A stretch of 64,000 bases of DNA from Mobula hypostoma (Eukaryota). Shown piece after piece: positions 12,601 to 25,260 of this stretch; positions within the stretch are counted from its first letter, which is position 1; every line of letters begins with the position of its first letter. The stretch spans positions 70,620,001 through 70,684,000 of the forward strand of contig NC_086108.1 of NCBI RefSeq assembly GCF_963921235.1. Direction: 5' to 3'. A program made the translations under genes and the position numbers. Below the pieces are notes generated by a model. It worked only from the letters and a program-made list of their open reading frames with translations, ran no database searches and was not told where the DNA came from.

Positions 12601-13707
12601 GAAATGAATAATTAAAAAAAAAAATCTACCTATGGTCTAGGCTTTCCTCACCAAAGTCTTGATGAACCAAAGCCTCACCTCCCAACTCCAACACTGGCAC
12701 ACTCGCACAATGGCCACTCACTTTAAACCTAAGATTTTTTTTTATTGGTCCTCGCGAAATGCCAAATAATTCACAATCCAATATGCCAACTGCCCCTTCA
12801 CTGCTCACTTCCTTTAAACTCTCCCTCCCTGCAAACAATCTGGCGTCTTCTCGGGACTGTGGACACAAGAATGTTATTAAACTAGAAAGACCGCAGAAAA
12901 CATTTACCAGGATGTTGTCTGGATTTGAGCACCTGAGTTACAAAGAAAAGTTGTGTAGACTAGTACTTTATTCAGGAGATTGAGGACTGGCCTAACACAT
13001 AAATAAGACCGTAAGATATAGCAGCAGAATTGAGCCAATTGGCCCATCGAGTCTGCTCTGCCATTCCACCCATGGCTGATCCATTTCCGTCTCAGCCCCA
13101 ATCTCCTGCTGTCTTCCATATCCCTTCATGCCCTGACTAATCAAGAATCTATCAAACTCTGCCTTAGACATACCTAATGGCTTGGCCTACATAGCCACCT
13201 ATGGCAACAAATTCCACAGATTAACCATTCTCTGGCTAAATAAGGTCATGAAAGGCCTACATAGAGTGAAAGCATATTTTTAAAAAATCTCTATGGAAGG
13301 AGTGCGAAAAACAAGAGGAGATAGGTTTAAGACCAGAGCCAAGAAACTTAAAAAGAACATCTGGGACAGTTTCTTCATACAAAGGGTGTTGTGTATTTGG
13401 AATAAGCTACCAGAAATAGTGTTTGTCCCAGGCACATTAGCTGGATAGGTACATCCGTAAGACAGGTTTGGAAGGCTATGAGTAAATATGGGAAGATGAG
13501 ATTAGCTCACTGGGCCACAAGAGGAAACTGATGATCGAAAACTTTTTATCTGAATGGACAGTTGAAATTTAGATCCCTACAGGTCATTCTTCGCTCCATA
13601 AAGTCAATTAAATGGTATCTTCCATATATTTAAAATATCAAGCAAGAAGCTTCAGCAAACATTAAGTTGTATAATTAATATTTCATGTAACAGCAGTTAA
13701 CACAAAC

Positions 13708-13777
13708 CTTTTTATATCTCTACAGCATATAATTGGAACTTTGGCATGGAAATCGGACTCGACATCTGAATATAAAG
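13708..13777 (-). CDS. TUT4: TUT4 coding exon 7 (70 nt): LYSDVESDFHAKVPIICCRDIK
   Basis: DFHAKVP motif; TAG acceptor, GTTTGT donor; phase 1 to 2. Confidence 0.93.
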
Positions 13778-15385
13778 CTAGAAGGTAACATAAAATATTT
13801 TAAAGATAACTGCAAGAACAATCTGTCTGAATTAGAGAAGTAACAAATAATTAAGGTTAAAATCCTACTATTATTATTGCTGATATGTGTGCAACACTCA
13901 GAGTAGATATTCTGCTAAACATTTGAAGTTAACTTTAACTGACAAATATGATACATTGATGGTGGATCAATCTTTATATATTGGTTTTCAAAAAACTTCA
14001 TTGATCATCTATCCAGTAAGTAATTTCTCAAACAAAGACTTATAATTAACATTTTTTAAATTCTTCTTTTCTGTTATTTCCTTGGGATAGAGGATGACTA
14101 ACTTCTTTAGTTTTATGGGTTCTGAGGTATCTAATGAGGCCAATGTGGGAACAACAGACTCATCCATAAATAGTGTTATGCGGTGATTCACAGGGCAGAT
14201 ATGTTAGTAGTTAATGAAATGGTTCACTCTTTCTGTCCTTGGCCAAGGCCTTTAGATATTCTCTTTGTTTGTCTTTGAGGTCCACGGTAGCATCTCAAAT
14301 GTTCAGTCTTCACTATGGTCATGTGCCAGAGGTTTCAAGGAGTCACTGAGAGTGTTGCATTTCTTCGGGGCTTTAACAACATCCTTTTATCATTACTCAT
14401 GTCAACCTGGCATCTTTCCAGCACAGAGCTCAGAACAGAGCATTTGTTTCAATCAGGCTTCAAAGTTACTTTGCCTGCTCAGAACAGCCAAATGAATTTT
14501 GATGGGACTTCATTGCTGAGGATATTGGCCTAGAAGTGGTACTTATTTCCTCAATGCCTAATGCAGGCAGCTCAGCATTTCAGATCATGGGTTCTGTTCT
14601 CGATCTGAAGGCTTTATCTCCAAATGTACTTTTTCTTTGTCAAACAAAGCTCAGCACAAATTATTATGTGTTGTATTCTGAATTAGTATTTTCTAAATCT
14701 AATACGCATTTGAAATCATCTGCTCCCAAGGCTTCTGCTGTTTCTATAAGAAGCCAATTCTCTATATTGTCCAACTAAAGATCAAAATGTTATTTCACAA
14801 GTGTGTGTAAACTTACCCTGCCTGAAACACAAAGCACATTAATTGGTATTATTTCAAATGAGGCAAATTTGTTCCCCCCCCCATGGTAAGTTATTTTTCA
14901 GAAACTAAACAACAGCAATTTATCACATCACATCCTTCTTTTCTCAAATGGTAACTTAAATTTAAAAAACACGCTGAAACATCATGTATAAAAATCATTT
15001 GGAAGCATTTATGCTTTTTAAAAAAATATATTTGAGTTGTAAAAACATTTTCTTTAATAATTTATTTTAAGATTTTTCTTTTACACTTCTAAACTGTCTT
15101 AATATTCAGGTGGTAACAGTTAAAAGTCAGACACATTGTATGGATCAGATATCACATGGAGTTAAGATAAGGACTCCCTTTCCGAAAATACGAGCAACAT
15201 TACTGTTGCAACGATTTCGCTTAACTGCATGAATTTAAGTTTCAGTGGTGTGATGGGATTTGCTGTTGACAATAACATCTCAGAACTGGGACTCACTTTG
15301 TGAGATCACCCAATGCTTGCAATAAAGCCATAGGCGTTTACAATAGTCAAGCTTTAAAATCATCAAAGTCAGTCAGAAAACTTAC

Positions 15386-15437
15386 AGCTCTCTTTAATAA
15401 TGTCCAGAACTTGTATCAAAACATCAGGCTGATTCAA
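15386..15437 (-). CDS. TUT4: TUT4 coding exon 6 (52 nt): LNQPDVLIQVLDIIKES
   Basis: CAG acceptor, GTAAGT donor; phase 0 to 1. Confidence 0.92.
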
Positions 15438-16205
15438 CTGAAACAGAAACAATCATAAACAAAACTTAATTTTCACAATGAACAGAAAGAAAGAACCAAA
15501 ACAGCATTTAAAACAATTCTATAATACAAAATGTGGATCTTGAAAGAAATGTTGTCTTTGATTTCCTGGGATGCATAAGTTTTGGATCTGTACTGAATCT
15601 TGCACATCAAGTGTTGTCTTTTATTTTTATTCTTTTTTTTCCCCTTTAAATTTGGTTCTTTCTGGTTTCTTGCTTTGTGGTTAACTGTGAACAAGCTCAA
15701 TGTTGTATAATTCGTACGTTCTTTGATAATAAATGTATTTGAGTCTTGAAATCCAGACTTCTTAAAAGATTTCATAGATTCTTAAACACAAAGTCCTTTA
15801 TCAGCATAATTGCACACTTCCTTTTACTTCCACGTCTGTTTGATAGGCAAGATGTCTCTGTTCCATGCCCTCAAAGAAAAGAATTGAGATTAGAGGCATG
15901 AAAAAAACTTCCAAAAACAAGTCAAATTCCTCTTCTGCCTGCTATGTTCGACTGTGAATGTCTTTGGGAGAGATTATGTTGTTTTGTGACTTTTTTACCA
16001 ATCGTGGATGAAAAAACAAAAGCATTTTAGAAACAACTATTAATTTTAGATGAGTATAGATGCTGGGATTGAAGACAAGGAACTACAGTTCTGTGGTCCA
16101 CAATGCTGGTTAAAATAGTAACATCATGCATTCAGAATATATTGATTAAATGATCATTTTTCCACACATTGAAAAATATTATTGGAAATATTTAGCATCA
16201 CATAC

Positions 16206-16294
16206 ATGAGAGGGGAATTTCACATCAACGTTGATGTCACTGGTTTTGAAAGCAAATCTTGTAAGACATGAACCATACAACCTAAGTGAACAAT
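16206..16294 (-). CDS. TUT4: TUT4 coding exon 5 (89 nt): (D)CSLRLYGSCLTRFAFKTSDINVDVKFPSH
   Basis: Degenerate hGS..DxD NTase signature; CAG/GTATGT boundaries; phase 1 to 0. Confidence 0.95.
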
Positions 16295-17009
16295 CTGTAA
16301 AACAAAATACAAACAACAGGCTTAGTTCATCTGATTTACCTTTAACTGAACACTTTGGAGCTTTGATGTTCCTTCTATACTTGTAGCACACTGATGCTAA
16401 AATGAAGGACACTTGTAAAACTTAAGAACTTCTCTTGTTTCTTGTACAAAGTGAGCCAATCCTCTAGTGATTGCTCCTTGTGATACTTTTTAATAAACAG
16501 CACCTCATAACTTCTAGAGATTACCTTTCACATTTTGAAACAAAACTTGACATCTTGGCTTACTTCAATTTATTGCCAATTAGCATATAACCTCACTCTT
16601 ATTACAAGCACCAGATATAATCCTACCATGATGATTGATTGGATCCTCTGCTTCTTAGATTTGAATAACTGCTACAGTCATGAAACTTAGCAGTAAACCT
16701 TTACTAATCTTGGTGATTCCCAATGGAACTTCTCTTCTCCCAGCTTACTTGAATTCATTTTAATTAACAAAGTATAATTATCTCTCTTTTTCAAATTTAC
16801 ACGTTTGGCGTGTGCTTTTTAATGTAAACAAGGATATTATCAACCTCTAGACAATCTCTTCCCTGGATGTCCTCGCTTAATCTATGATAAAAACATATAT
16901 TACAAATCAGAGTTCTGTGAATTCAAATTTAATAATGTCCGTTGATATACAGTGGGCATTTTCCCTTTGCTTTATTGGTGATAATTTGGTGAATGAAAGT
17001 AAAGCACAC

Positions 17010-17187
17010 CTGGTAAATGGTGCTGAATAATTTCTTCCATTTCATTCACAATATTTTTCCGGATTTGGTAATCCTCATCAGAAATCCCTTCTTGCTGTGC
17101 AGCTTGTAACACAGCAGAAGTCAGAGCAGCCAAATGTTCAGGTGTTGGTGGTTTTATGTTGCGAAGTTCATTCTCTTCTTGCTTTTC
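17010..17187 (-). CDS. TUT4: TUT4 coding exon 4 (178 nt): EKQEENELRNIKPPTPEHLAALTSAV...EMEEIIQHHLP
   Basis: TAG acceptor, GTGTGC donor; phase 0 to 1. Confidence 0.93.
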
Positions 17188-17377
17188 CTAAAGCCAGAGG
17201 TCAGAAAAAAAAGAATTTATTCCTAAAATAAATTGCTTTATTTGACAAAATAACATGCCTATGAATGACTTAAAAAGGTTCACTAATTTTGAGAAGTACT
17301 TAACACAATTCTTAAGTTCCGAACAAGTAAACATTACAATGAAAGTGACAAATATTCAATGTACAAAAAGTACTTAC

Positions 17378-17494
17378 GGTAATATTTTTCTTATGTCGTT
17401 TCTCCTTTATATGTTTATGAGCTCCCTGGATATTTTCAATGTGAACCAGGCAAAGTTTGCATAGGTACTGACATGAAGGATATTCTGGTGAACG
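17378..17494 (-). CDS. TUT4: TUT4 coding exon 3 (117 nt): RSPEYPSCQYLCKLCLVHIENIQGAHKHIKEKRHKKNIT (C2H2 zinc finger)
   Basis: CxxC...H...H finger; TAG/GTAAGT boundaries; phase 0 to 0. Confidence 0.96.
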
Positions 17495-18444
17495 CTACAA
17501 AACAAAACATAGACAAAAATAGCTTAGTATCAGCTCATATCAAATAATAAAGATTGAATATGGTAACAGGACTTTTGTTGATGAGATTGAGATGATTGAG
17601 TAAATTACTTGGCAATAAAGCTGAATACTACTATAAGTGACTGTGACTGCTAACATACATACAATTTGTATGTAACAATCCCTTCTTTATTATGGAAAAA
17701 TTATCTTTCTCTTAATTGAGAGAAGTTAATGTGGTCCATTTTCTCTGTTCTTTAACTGAGTAACTTGACATTGCTAAGCAACAGCCGGTTTGCTGGGGAC
17801 ACCTCACCTTCGTCAATTCCTTGTTGTTGTCAACATATATTCTGCATAATAGATTACTATCACATAAAGAATATTTTATGGCAAGTATTTTTAATCTATC
17901 ATATGAAAGATCCAGCCCTCACCACAATCAACAAGGCTCAGAACCATTGTACAATGGCTCACCGTGTCAGTTCTCTGCTTATGCAATTCAAAATTCTGTG
18001 GTGTATGAAAAGAAACACAACCTCACGAAACACTAAAATATTGGCCTGAATCTTCTGTTTGACATGCTGGAAGTTGGAACTGCCAACTTTTACCTACATA
18101 ATGGTTCAGGAGCTTAGAACTCCATAGCAAAGGTGAAGTATTAACAGCTAATCACCATTCCTCAGGTAATTAGATTTAAGCTAGGAAAAATACCCACTAA
18201 ACCTGTAAGTGTTAGTCCTAATGCATCCACTGGACCAATTCATCTGGAAGGTAAAGAACAACTATATAAAGTAAGGAAAGTATAATTTGAGATAATACTA
18301 TGATTGAATTCAGATGATTTAAATCAATTTATTTTTAATTGTTTTCCAGAATTTTCATAAATATTCTAGCATTTTGATAGTTTTGCAAGTCTGTAAGATA
18401 AAATGACTATTATTCAACCAGTCTTGCACATTGAAAATAATTGA

Positions 18445-19361
18445 GAAAAAAAGCCTCCGGATCCAGCACATTATCCTCCGCAACTCCCGCCACCTTCAAT
18501 TGGACCCCACCACTAAGCACATATTTCCCTCTCCACCCCTCTCCGCTTTCTGCAGGGATCGGTCCCTCTGCGACTCCCTTATCCGCACGTCCATCCCCAC
18601 TGATCTCCCACTTGACACTTATCCCTGTAAGCGTAAGTGCTACAGCTGTCCCTACACCTCATCTCTTGCAACCATTCAGGGCCCCAAACAGTCCTTCCAG
18701 GTGAGACAACACTTCACTTGAGTCTGTTGGGGTCATCTATTGCATCCGGTGCTCCCGGTGCGGCCTCCTCTACATCAGTGAAACCTGACGCAGATTGGGG
18801 GACCGCTTCGTCGAGCACCTCCACTCCGTCCGCCACAACAGACAGGATCTCCCGGTAGCCACCCACTTCAACCCTGCTTCCCATTCCCATTCAGATATGT
18901 CCATACATGGCCTCCTCTACTGCCATGATGAGGCTAAACTCAGGTTGGAGGAGCAACACCTCATATACCGTCTAGGTAGTCTCCAGCCCCTTGGTATGAA
19001 CATAGAATTCTCCAACTTCTGGTAATTCCCTCCCCCTCCCTTCCTCTATCCCTATTTCACTCTACCCCCTCCCCCAGCTCCCTCATGGTTCCGCCTCCTT
19101 CTTCTACCACCCATTGTTTTCAGGGCTATGACGTCAATGCTTCCCCTCCCCCACCCCTTTGTCTTTCAAATTACTGGTCTTTCAACTGAAGCTACAAGCA
19201 TTCTTCAAATCCTTCCCCATCTTTCATTCTTCAGTCCTGACGAAGGGTCCCGGCCTGAAACGTCAACTCATCATTTCTAACTGATGCTGCCCGACCTGCT
19301 GAGTTCATCCAGCATACTGAAAGTGTTGCTTTGATCACAGCATCTGCAGATTATTTTGTGC
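18445..19361 (+). mobile_element. 5'-truncated Penelope-like element (Cys motif + GIY-YIG endonuclease + tail)
   Basis: YPCKRKCYSCPY, GDRFVEH..PVATHFN..RLEEQHLIYRLGSLQPLGMN; exact 13-bp TSD TGAAAATAATTGA at 18432-18444 and 19362-19374. Confidence 0.92.
19232..19269 (+). ncRNA. Minimal hammerhead ribozyme motif (one stem I mismatch)
   Basis: CAGTC-CTGACGA-A-GGGT CCCG GCCT-GAAAC-GTC-AACTC. Confidence 0.6.
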
Positions 19362-19855
19362 TGAAAATAATTGACATCTGTATAGAGTAGTAACACACCA
19401 TGCCAAAATTCTAGAAATGTTGGCATTGATTTGACTCTCATGATCCTGACTGGGTCAAATTTTGGTTGTTCATGTTTAATTGGGGATAAATTGATCAGAA
19501 GTTAAGATATCCTCATGGAAGCTCAGAAACATTGCACATTGGTTCACCATGCCAATGCCAGTTCTCTGCTAAAGTAATTCAGAAACAATCCCAATCAGAA
19601 ATAATGCTAAATATCGGTTTTTGACCCTGCTTTACAAATATGTTTTGACAGTTAATTAGCAATCACAGAATGTTAATATTTCTTTTTACCAAAGATACCA
19701 TATTACAGAATATCATACTTTTTAAAATCCTACCAAATGTTAAACTTTAAAACCATCCTTCCCCAAAAATCAACATTTATTTATTCTTGATTTTCAATTT
19801 TAATAAATTTTACCACCATCATAGTTTAATTCTACTTTCATAGCAAATGCCTTAC

Positions 19856-20019
19856 TTTTTCCAAACGAAAGATATAATCTCGCTCCAATCTTTCCTCTGC
19901 TTGTTTCAGTCCAAGCTGTTGTTCTGCTGTCATTTTAGACTCATCAATCACTGGTGTGCTCTCCGCATTATTCTTCTCCAAAGGATGTGCTTTGCCTGCA
20001 TTTGCAGCAGCAACTTTAC
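19856..20019 (-). CDS. TUT4: TUT4 coding exon 2 (164 nt): ...DESKMTAEQQLGLKQAEERLERDYIFRLEK
   Basis: EQQLGLKQAEERLERD motif; TAG/GTAAGG boundaries; phase 1 to 0. Confidence 0.95.
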
Positions 20020-20444
20020 CTAAATAATACAAATTTAAACAATATTTTTAAATATTTTTATTCAAACTGTTTAACAGACAAAATCAACATGCAATGAACA
20101 TACATCATTCATCTCAGGAACCAGAAGTTTTTGAGAGCCTAGTACTTTCAGATTCTCTGTAGTAGTTTTAACTCAAGAGACCACAACACAAGAAAAGCAC
20201 AATATTGTGTGTGAAAAATTCTCTCGTTTTATTCTGGTGTAGAAAGGTTGCTCTTCTGAGGTTGAGGTTGAGGATGAAATACACAGTGAAGTAGTGAGTG
20301 GCAAAAAGAAATTTGCCAAACAGAACCAACCCTGGATCTCATTGTATTACATAAAGGACTCAGTTGTCATGGTCATGGATTTTCCACAGATTGCAAAAAA
20401 AAAAACAAGTATTGAGACACGAAGGCAGAAAGAAAGGTCACCCT

Positions 20445-20675
20445 CTTCTCTGGATGTAACAACTTCCATGGAGGTTTTATCTGGTAGGCTTCAACTGTGG
20501 TTGGCCTCAGTTTGTCAGAAAGGAAAGGAAAGGAAAGGTACATCACATCCGGAGTTCCTCCGGTTAGCGGACGATTTCCCTCCACGCCTCTCCGAAGTAG
20601 TGGGGAGTCGCGTACGAGGCAAGTTACAGCAGTGGTTTGCCATTGCCTTCTGCCGGGTGAGTTTCCAAAGAACAA
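20445..20675 (-). mobile_element. SINE-like fragment
   Basis: Contains GAAGGCAATGGCAAACCAC on the minus strand, a motif seen in RTE-related SINEs; CpG-rich. Confidence 0.45.
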
Positions 20676-20699
20676 GCTGAAAAACACACGTATTAGTGT

Positions 20700-21090
20700 G
20701 ACAAGAGAAACATTTGATGGTTCTGGGCTGTACTTATGAGTTTAGAAGAATGGGGGGGGGAGAGATCTCACTGAAACCTACCAAATATTGAAAGGCCTAG
20801 ATACAGTGTACATGCAGAGGATATTTCCAACAGTGGGAAAGTCTAGGACCAGAAGATACAGCCTCAGAATAGAAGGACATCCTTTTAGGACAGAAATGAG
20901 GATGAATTTATTGCCACTGACAGCTGTGCAGACCAAGTCATTGGGTAGTAGGTAGTTAATTAATAAGGGTGTCAAAGGTTATGGAAAAAAGACAGGAGAA
21001 TGGGGTTGAGTCAGAAAATAAATAGGCTATGATTGAATGGCACCTCATGGGCTGAATAGCCTAATTCTGCTCCTACATCCTAAGGTCTAA
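20700..21090 (+). mobile_element. CR1 LINE 3' fragment
   Basis: Homologous to CR1 3' ends at 36000-36300 and 56000-57050. Confidence 0.8.
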
Positions 21091-21279
21091 TGGTTTTCTA
21101 GACGCCAGCGCTGGTTGTAAATCCACTCAGTGATCTTGGCCCCAGCCATAAATCTACGCATCTTCCTGACCCACAGTTTTCCCAACCATACACCAACTGA
21201 TATTTAACCCTGTGCCAGCATCATACAATCAAATTCCATGGCAAAAAGGATTCACTGGACACCACAGGAGAGGGATCTG

Positions 21280-21876
21280 GAGGAAACTGGAGTAGGGTGC
21301 CGTGCACAATCCTGATTTGATGGAGACAGATGTGAGAGCACGGAGGAACATCTGGAGAAACTTCTGAAATGCCTGTTTCGCTGCTGCTGCTACTGTGTGA
21401 TCCAGAATCTCTGGAGGGGAAGGCCCCGAGTCCTCGGCTTTGCTTGTTACTCGGCGGCCGGGGCGGGGTCGAAGCGCTCAGCAGAGATGGTGCTCAGTGT
21501 CGGAGGGTTGGTCAGTTTTTGGACGGACTCAGAGTCAGCTGCGGTCGGGTGCTTCCAATGCATCGGCAAGTTTGCGGCGCTTGGAGGTTTATGGCACAGA
21601 GAATTTCTCCCTTCTACCATCTGTGTGAGATGATGGGGCTATCAGGACTTGAGAGTTTTTTTTACCATGCCCATGGTCTGCTCATTATCAAATTACGGTA
21701 TTGCTCTGCACTGTTGTAACTGTATGTTATAATTATGTGGTTTTGTCAGTTTTAGTCTTGGTTTGTCCTGTGTTTCTATGATATCTTTCTGGAGGAACAC
21801 TGTATCATTTTTTATTAAATGCATTTCTAAATGACAATAAACGAGGACTGAGTGTCCTCATAATCTAATCTAATCT
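21280..21876 (+). mobile_element. Non-LTR retroelement-like repeat with (TAATC)n tail
   Basis: CpG-retaining body ending AATAAA...CATAATCTAATCTAATCT. Confidence 0.55.
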
Positions 21877-22132
21877 GCTCACTGCCAGTAACGAATGGTG
21901 GACATCTAAGTCAGCAGATAATAAGGGCCTAGTATGCTTAATTTATTTGTTCTGCAAGTACAGGTCGACCTTCTATAATCCGCCACCATTGGAACTTGAC
22001 GAGTGCCAGATTAGTGAAAATGCTGAATTATAGAAGGATCACATTAAGCAATAGTTAACCGCCTCATCATACCTTTAAAATACCAAAGGATTCAAAGGTT
22101 CATTTAATGTCAGAGAAATGTATACAATATAC

Positions 22133-22967
22133 CAGGGGTCCCCAACCTTTTTCACAATATTGACAATATTCTTGCGGACCAGCCGACTGGGGTGGCGGGG
22201 GGGTGGTGTTCAACTAAGGTTAAACTCACCTCAATATGTCTTTTACAGTTAGGGTTGCCAACTTTCTCACACCCAAATAAAGGACAGAAGTAGCAGTCAA
22301 ATCCTGACGAAGGATCCCGGCCCAAAATGTCGACTGTACCTCTTCCTAGATGTTGCCTGGCCTGCTGTGTTCACCAGCATTTTGACTACCATGACCATGA
22401 AGCCTTGTGCGGGCACCTGTGTGCACATGTGTGACGTGTGCATATGTGACGTGGGTATGCACGTACGTGCCGATTTTTTTGCTCCACAAATTGGTTTTGG
22501 CTTAACCTTCCCGACTACACTGTACACACATTATTTTTACTTTATATAGGCTGTGTATTTATCATGTCATTAATGCTTTTACTATATGTTAGAGTTATTT
22601 TAGGTTTTATGTGTTATTTGGTAGGTTATCTTTTGGGTCTGGGAACGCTCAAAATTTTTCCCATATAAATTAATGGTAATTGCTTCTTCGCTTTACGACA
22701 TTTCAGCACGAAAGGTTTCATAGGAATGCTCTACCTTAGTGGGGGAAATATGGGACAAGGGCGGTCCCGTATGGGACAAACAAATTTAGCCCAATATACG
22801 GGATGTCCTGGCAAATACGGGACAGTTGGCAACCCTATGTTCAAGTTCAACAGTGCGTGACAGGGAATGAGGAAAGGTGCAGCTGACTCATATCATTTCC
22901 TCGCGGCCCGGTAGCACATGCTTTGCGGCCCAGTACCGGTCCTCAGCCTGGTGGTTGGGGACCGCTG
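22133..22967. mobile_element. Non-autonomous hAT element (composite)
   Basis: TIRs CAGGGGTCCCCAACC / GGTTGGGGACCGCTG; exact 8-bp TSD CAATATAC at 22125-22132 and 22968-22975. Confidence 0.92.
22215..22837. mobile_element. Inner hAT-like element with TAGGGTTGCCAAC ends
   Basis: TAGGGTTGCCAAC at 22250 and GTTGGCAACCCTA ending 22837; possible TSD TGTTCAAC (22207-22214) / TGTTCAAG (22838-22845). Confidence 0.7.
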
Positions 22968-23213
22968 CAATATACATCCTGTAATGCTTTTTCTTCGCAA
23001 CCATCTATGAAAACAGAGGAATGCCCCAAAGGATGAACGACAGTTAAACGTTAGAACCCCTACGATCCCCCACCGCCCCCGCTCGTAAGCGGCAGCAAGC
23101 AACAATCCCCCCTCCCCACCGGCAAGAAATAAAGCGCACCTATTACCAGCACTCAAGCGTAAGCTAAGCGATAGCAAAGACACAGACTTGCAGTTACCCC
23201 AAAGACTACATTG

Positions 23214-23310
23214 CACTCACAGTTACTGAGGGAATCCTTGTTAGTTTCTTTTCCTCTGCTTAATAATACGCTTAAATTCAGCGAGTCACCATGTCTGATC
23301 TGAGGTTGTA
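23214..23310 (-). pseudogene. Degenerate fragment of the 28S rRNA 5' end (probable ITS2 remnant at 23311-23440)
   Basis: Minus strand ACCTCAGATCAGACATGGTGACTCGCTGAATTTAAGCGTATTATTAAGCAGAGGAAAAGAAACTAACAAGGATTCCCTCAGTAACTGTGAGTG resembles the conserved eukaryotic LSU 5' end. Confidence 0.9.
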
Positions 23311-25260
23311 GGCAGAAGAGAATGGGGCGCCACCGGAGAGTAGTGCACAACTGCCAGCAGGCGCGCGAGAAGGAAGACCAACCCAGCGCGTGCCAGATGG
23401 CGGGTGAGACAGGCGGGTGCCGGGTGGCCGCGCCTCACACAAATGATATTAATAAATGCAGGAAAACAAGCAGGAATCACCTGTCTGTGCTTACAAGCAT
23501 GCACCAACATGTGAAGAGATCTAGCGCAACCAAAACAATGTGCAGCAGATTGGTACGGTGGCCTGGAAAATTTGAAAATACAGTTGTGTGGAAAATTTGA
23601 AATCATTGCGGATTATCAAAGGAACTGGATTACAGGTAGTCGGATTAAAGGTCGACCTGTACCAGTTTCTGTAAAGGCTGCAGCTTTCATTTTGTTTGAT
23701 CTCTGTAGAATCCTGGGAGGAAGTGATACAAATTGCAGTATAATTTGCCATTTTACAAAACATACTAGTAAAACTTTGTTTTAATGATTAAATTAAATGT
23801 AAAGCAGTGCATATTTTAAAATCAAAGGAAACCAATTAGATCAAAAGACAAGACTAAAAGTGAGACTAAAGGACTAATAAAGATTTTAAAAAGAACTTTC
23901 AAGTGTAGTATGCTGCTTGGAACATGAAATAACCAGTCACGATTCCCCACATTTTAAACAAAGAAACCATTTATTTTGCTGTTGTTAGTATTAAGGGGAA
24001 CAGAAACAAGGCTGTTAATAAATACTAGCATTTCCAACTAAAAGTAATATCTGATCATGTAATTTAAAATAAAATATATCATGTGAGAAACCCTCAGAAG
24101 TATTTCAGATTGTCAAATCAGCCCTGTCTGCAAAGATGTTATACATTATTTTCATAAACAATGAAAAAAAATACTTCAGGAGGCATAGACAGGCTAGTGA
24201 AAAGTGTATAGATCACGATAAAATAGTATGAAGCAATTCATTTTGATTGGAGAAAGAGGAATCACAAAATAAAAGGGTTGGTGGAAGAGGTGTGTGTGTC
24301 TGTGTGTACACATCGTCGAAAGTGCTGAATGACATCTACTGGACCATTGGAGTTATAAATTGAGAAAGAGCGCAAAAGCAATGATACACCTTTTAATATC
24401 ACTGGTTAGGCCCCTGGTGGTCATTTTCAGTCACCAGACTTTAAGGACATCAAAGCCAAAGAGAGAATACTTCATTTACTTCTGATACATGAGGCTATTC
24501 TGCTCATCTAGTCCACGCCAGCTCCCAACAAGTACAATCCCATCAATCCCTTCATCCATCCCCATTCCTTGTAGCTTTGCAACTCATTTTCCTTGATTCT
24601 TTTATAATTAAACAATGTTAAAGGTTACATTTAAAGCAATCCATTGATCTTCTTCTGACACACCTTTCATCATTTTACTGATGACTGAAAGTATAGGAAT
24701 GAAACTGCATTTAGGTGGATTCAATTAGGTATTTTTTTATGGGTAGAGTACACCTGAGCAATTCTCTATACTGGCAGGTAGATAAGAATGCTGAACTTGT
24801 GTGTTACAACTTGGAATGGGCACGAACAGTTCTCAAGAACTTCTGAACCACATTATATAGCTTTTGATTACATTATGCTCTCAGCCACATCCACAATCCA
24901 GCAGAAAGGCAGAAAAGGCACAAATGATTTGAATGCCCTACTCTAGCTCCAGTGAGAGCGAAATCTTGAAACTAAAGTAAATCCAGCTCAAAACCTCTAG
25001 GTACAATACTTAGTGAAAAATGCTTCTGTTGCACTAATGTTTTCATTAAGTCACAACTTTTCAAAGTCTGAATCAAAGCTATAAGAATTAAACATTGATA
25101 AATCTCAATCTGCTTGAATACTTCAAATGTCTAATGTCAGAACTGATTTTGGTATTAGTCAAGTAAGAATTCAGAGCTAAGTAGACTCAGTTCTTATTAG
25201 TATTTGGATGGCAGACTGCCTAGGAGTACAAGGGGCATTTAAACAAGATTCTGATCAATG

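Larger units (their letters stand above)
8760..13520 (+). mobile_element. Degenerate CR1 LINE split by younger insertions (pieces about 8760-9357, 12858-13000, 13240-13520)
   Basis: RT-region relics break at about 9357 and resume at 12858 (KNVIKLERPQKTFTRML). Confidence 0.7.
21961..23659. mobile_element. Non-autonomous Tc1/mariner-superfamily (pogo/Tigger-like) element hosting nested insertions
   Basis: TIRs CAGGTCGACCTT...AAGGTCGACCTG flanked by TA on both sides (21959-21960, 23660-23661). Confidence 0.85.

Noticed and set aside
14009..14778. Non-repetitive intronic stretch with several short ORFs and coding-like composition
   Set aside because: The frames checked contain stops and no protein motif is recognisable; TUT4 phases are already satisfied without it.
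23214..23310. Functional rRNA gene
   Set aside because: Only about 97 bp, mutated, and embedded in a transposon.
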